DNA from: Nitrosomonas cryotolerans ATCC 49181
GTDB lineage: Bacteria; Pseudomonadota; Gammaproteobacteria; Burkholderiales; Nitrosomonadaceae
Reading direction: 5' to 3'
Length of the DNA stretch: 24,000 bases
Assembly: GCF_900143275.1 (NCBI RefSeq)
Contig: NZ_FSRO01000001.1
Span: 1,420,116 to 1,444,115 of the forward strand
Shown here: piece after piece, positions 23,379 to 24,000 of the stretch
How positions within the stretch are numbered: the stretch's first letter is position 1
How the letters are laid out: the number at the start of each line of letters is the position of its first letter
Made by a program: the position numbers and the translations under genes
The notes under the pieces: generated by a model
What the model was told of the DNA's origin: nothing
Databases searched by the model: none
What the model saw: the letters and a program-made list of their open reading frames with translations, nothing else

Positions 23379-24000
23379 ATGGAAGACCTATCAAGAAGAA
23401 AGATGATTAAACTGGGTTTGTTGAGCAGTGCCACTGCTTTGCTTGTATCCTGTGGGGAGAATAGCAAGGCTCGCATCGCTACTCCTGCCGAAATTGAGGG
23501 ACCATTTTATCCTTTGTCAGGTCAGGCAGATCAGGACTCTGACTTAACAGAAACGGCGGGCTACCATGGTGTGGCCGATGGTGAGCATATTATTGTTCAA
23601 GGTCAGATCTTAGATACAGAGGGGTGTTTTATAGAAAATGCGATGATCGATATCTGGCAGGCAAATTCCAAAGGCCGTTATCATCACCCTAATGACACCA
23701 ATCCGGCGCCGTTAGATCCTGGCTTCCAGGGGCGGGCAATCATGCAAAGTGGAAAAAATGGCGCGTTTCGTTTCAAGACTGTTATGCCGGGTACCTATCC
23801 TGTATCAGAAACCTGGATAAGGCCACCGCACATACACTTCAAAGTTTCTAGAAAAGACTATCTGACATTGACGACACAGATGTATTTCCCGGACGAGGAA
23901 CGCAATGAAGCGGATTTGCTATTTAGTAAGAAGGAAGCGTCGGAACAGTTGTTGATGACTGCTGAAAGTGGCGATAAAGAAGAGCTGGCGGTCTATCGAT
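23379..24000 (+). CDS. Intradiol ring-cleavage dioxygenase-like protein (protocatechuate 3,4-dioxygenase beta-subunit-like), lipoprotein/Tat-type leader; 3' end off-window
   Basis: This is not in the ORF track because it has no stop in the window. ATG 23379 has GGAGGA upstream. My own translation reads MEDLSRRKMIKLGLLSSATALLVSCG..EIEGPFYP..IDIWQANSKGRYHHP..FRFKTVMPGTYP..RPPHIHFKV..MYFPDE... These are hallmark intradiol dioxygenase motifs, and the frame is open to the last base. Confidence 0.8.
   Translation, partial: MEDLSRRKMIKLGLLSSATALLVSCGENSKARIATPAEIEGPFYPLSGQADQDSDLTETAGYHGVADGEHIIVQGQILDTEGCFIENAMIDIWQANSKGRYHHPNDTNPAPLDPGFQGRAIMQSGKNGAFRFKTVMPGTYPVSETWIRPPHIHFKVSRKDYLTLTTQMYFPDEERNEADLLFSKKEASEQLLMTAESGDKEELAVYR

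Noticed and set aside
1-24000. Searched by eye for CRISPR-like regularly spaced repeats, rRNA, tRNA and integron attC-like sites.
   Set aside because: None was found. All repeats seen are explained by the IS and MITE families described.

Overview
This is an IS-riddled accessory or chromosomal stretch of a moderately AT-rich, probably proteobacterial genome. I recognise at least four mobile-element families. (1) IS200/IS605: one tnpA+tnpB element, one tnpB-only element, and a 316-bp identical second copy of its right end at the left window edge. That second copy has cut off the 3' end of a serine recombinase gene. There is also a decayed solo right end. (2) IS6/IS26-like: one full-length 827-bp copy whose transposase carries two in-frame stops, three decayed fragments, and a 109-bp IR-only mini-element. 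(3) One 841-bp IS5-family copy with TAA target duplication and a broken transposase. (4) Three copies of an 87-89-bp MITE-like repeat. Host genes between them are: a Tat-exported two-domain multicopper oxidase plus a TolC/NodT-type lipoprotein; a HiPIP-peroxiredoxin pair; a YfcH-like epimerase; a type I R-M hsdM remnant; an allophanate-hydrolase-C-terminal-like protein; glpK; ppk2; a secreted PAP2/vanadium-haloperoxidase-like protein; a small secreted protein; and an intradiol-dioxygenase-like lipoprotein that runs off the right edge. Two things are not explained by ordinary annotation. The first is a dense DnaA-box cluster with an adjacent AT-rich tract in a 650-bp ORF-free gap (16.5-16.9 kb), a candidate replication origin or DnaA-control locus. 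The second is an IS-bracketed four-gene islet (9.3-12.3 kb): two tiny ORFs with strong ribosome-binding sites, a leaderless astacin-like protease with a PPC domain, and a 341-aa two-domain hypothetical. I cannot assign that islet to any known system. No rRNA, tRNA or CRISPR array was seen. All homology calls rest on motif recognition by eye, not on searches.
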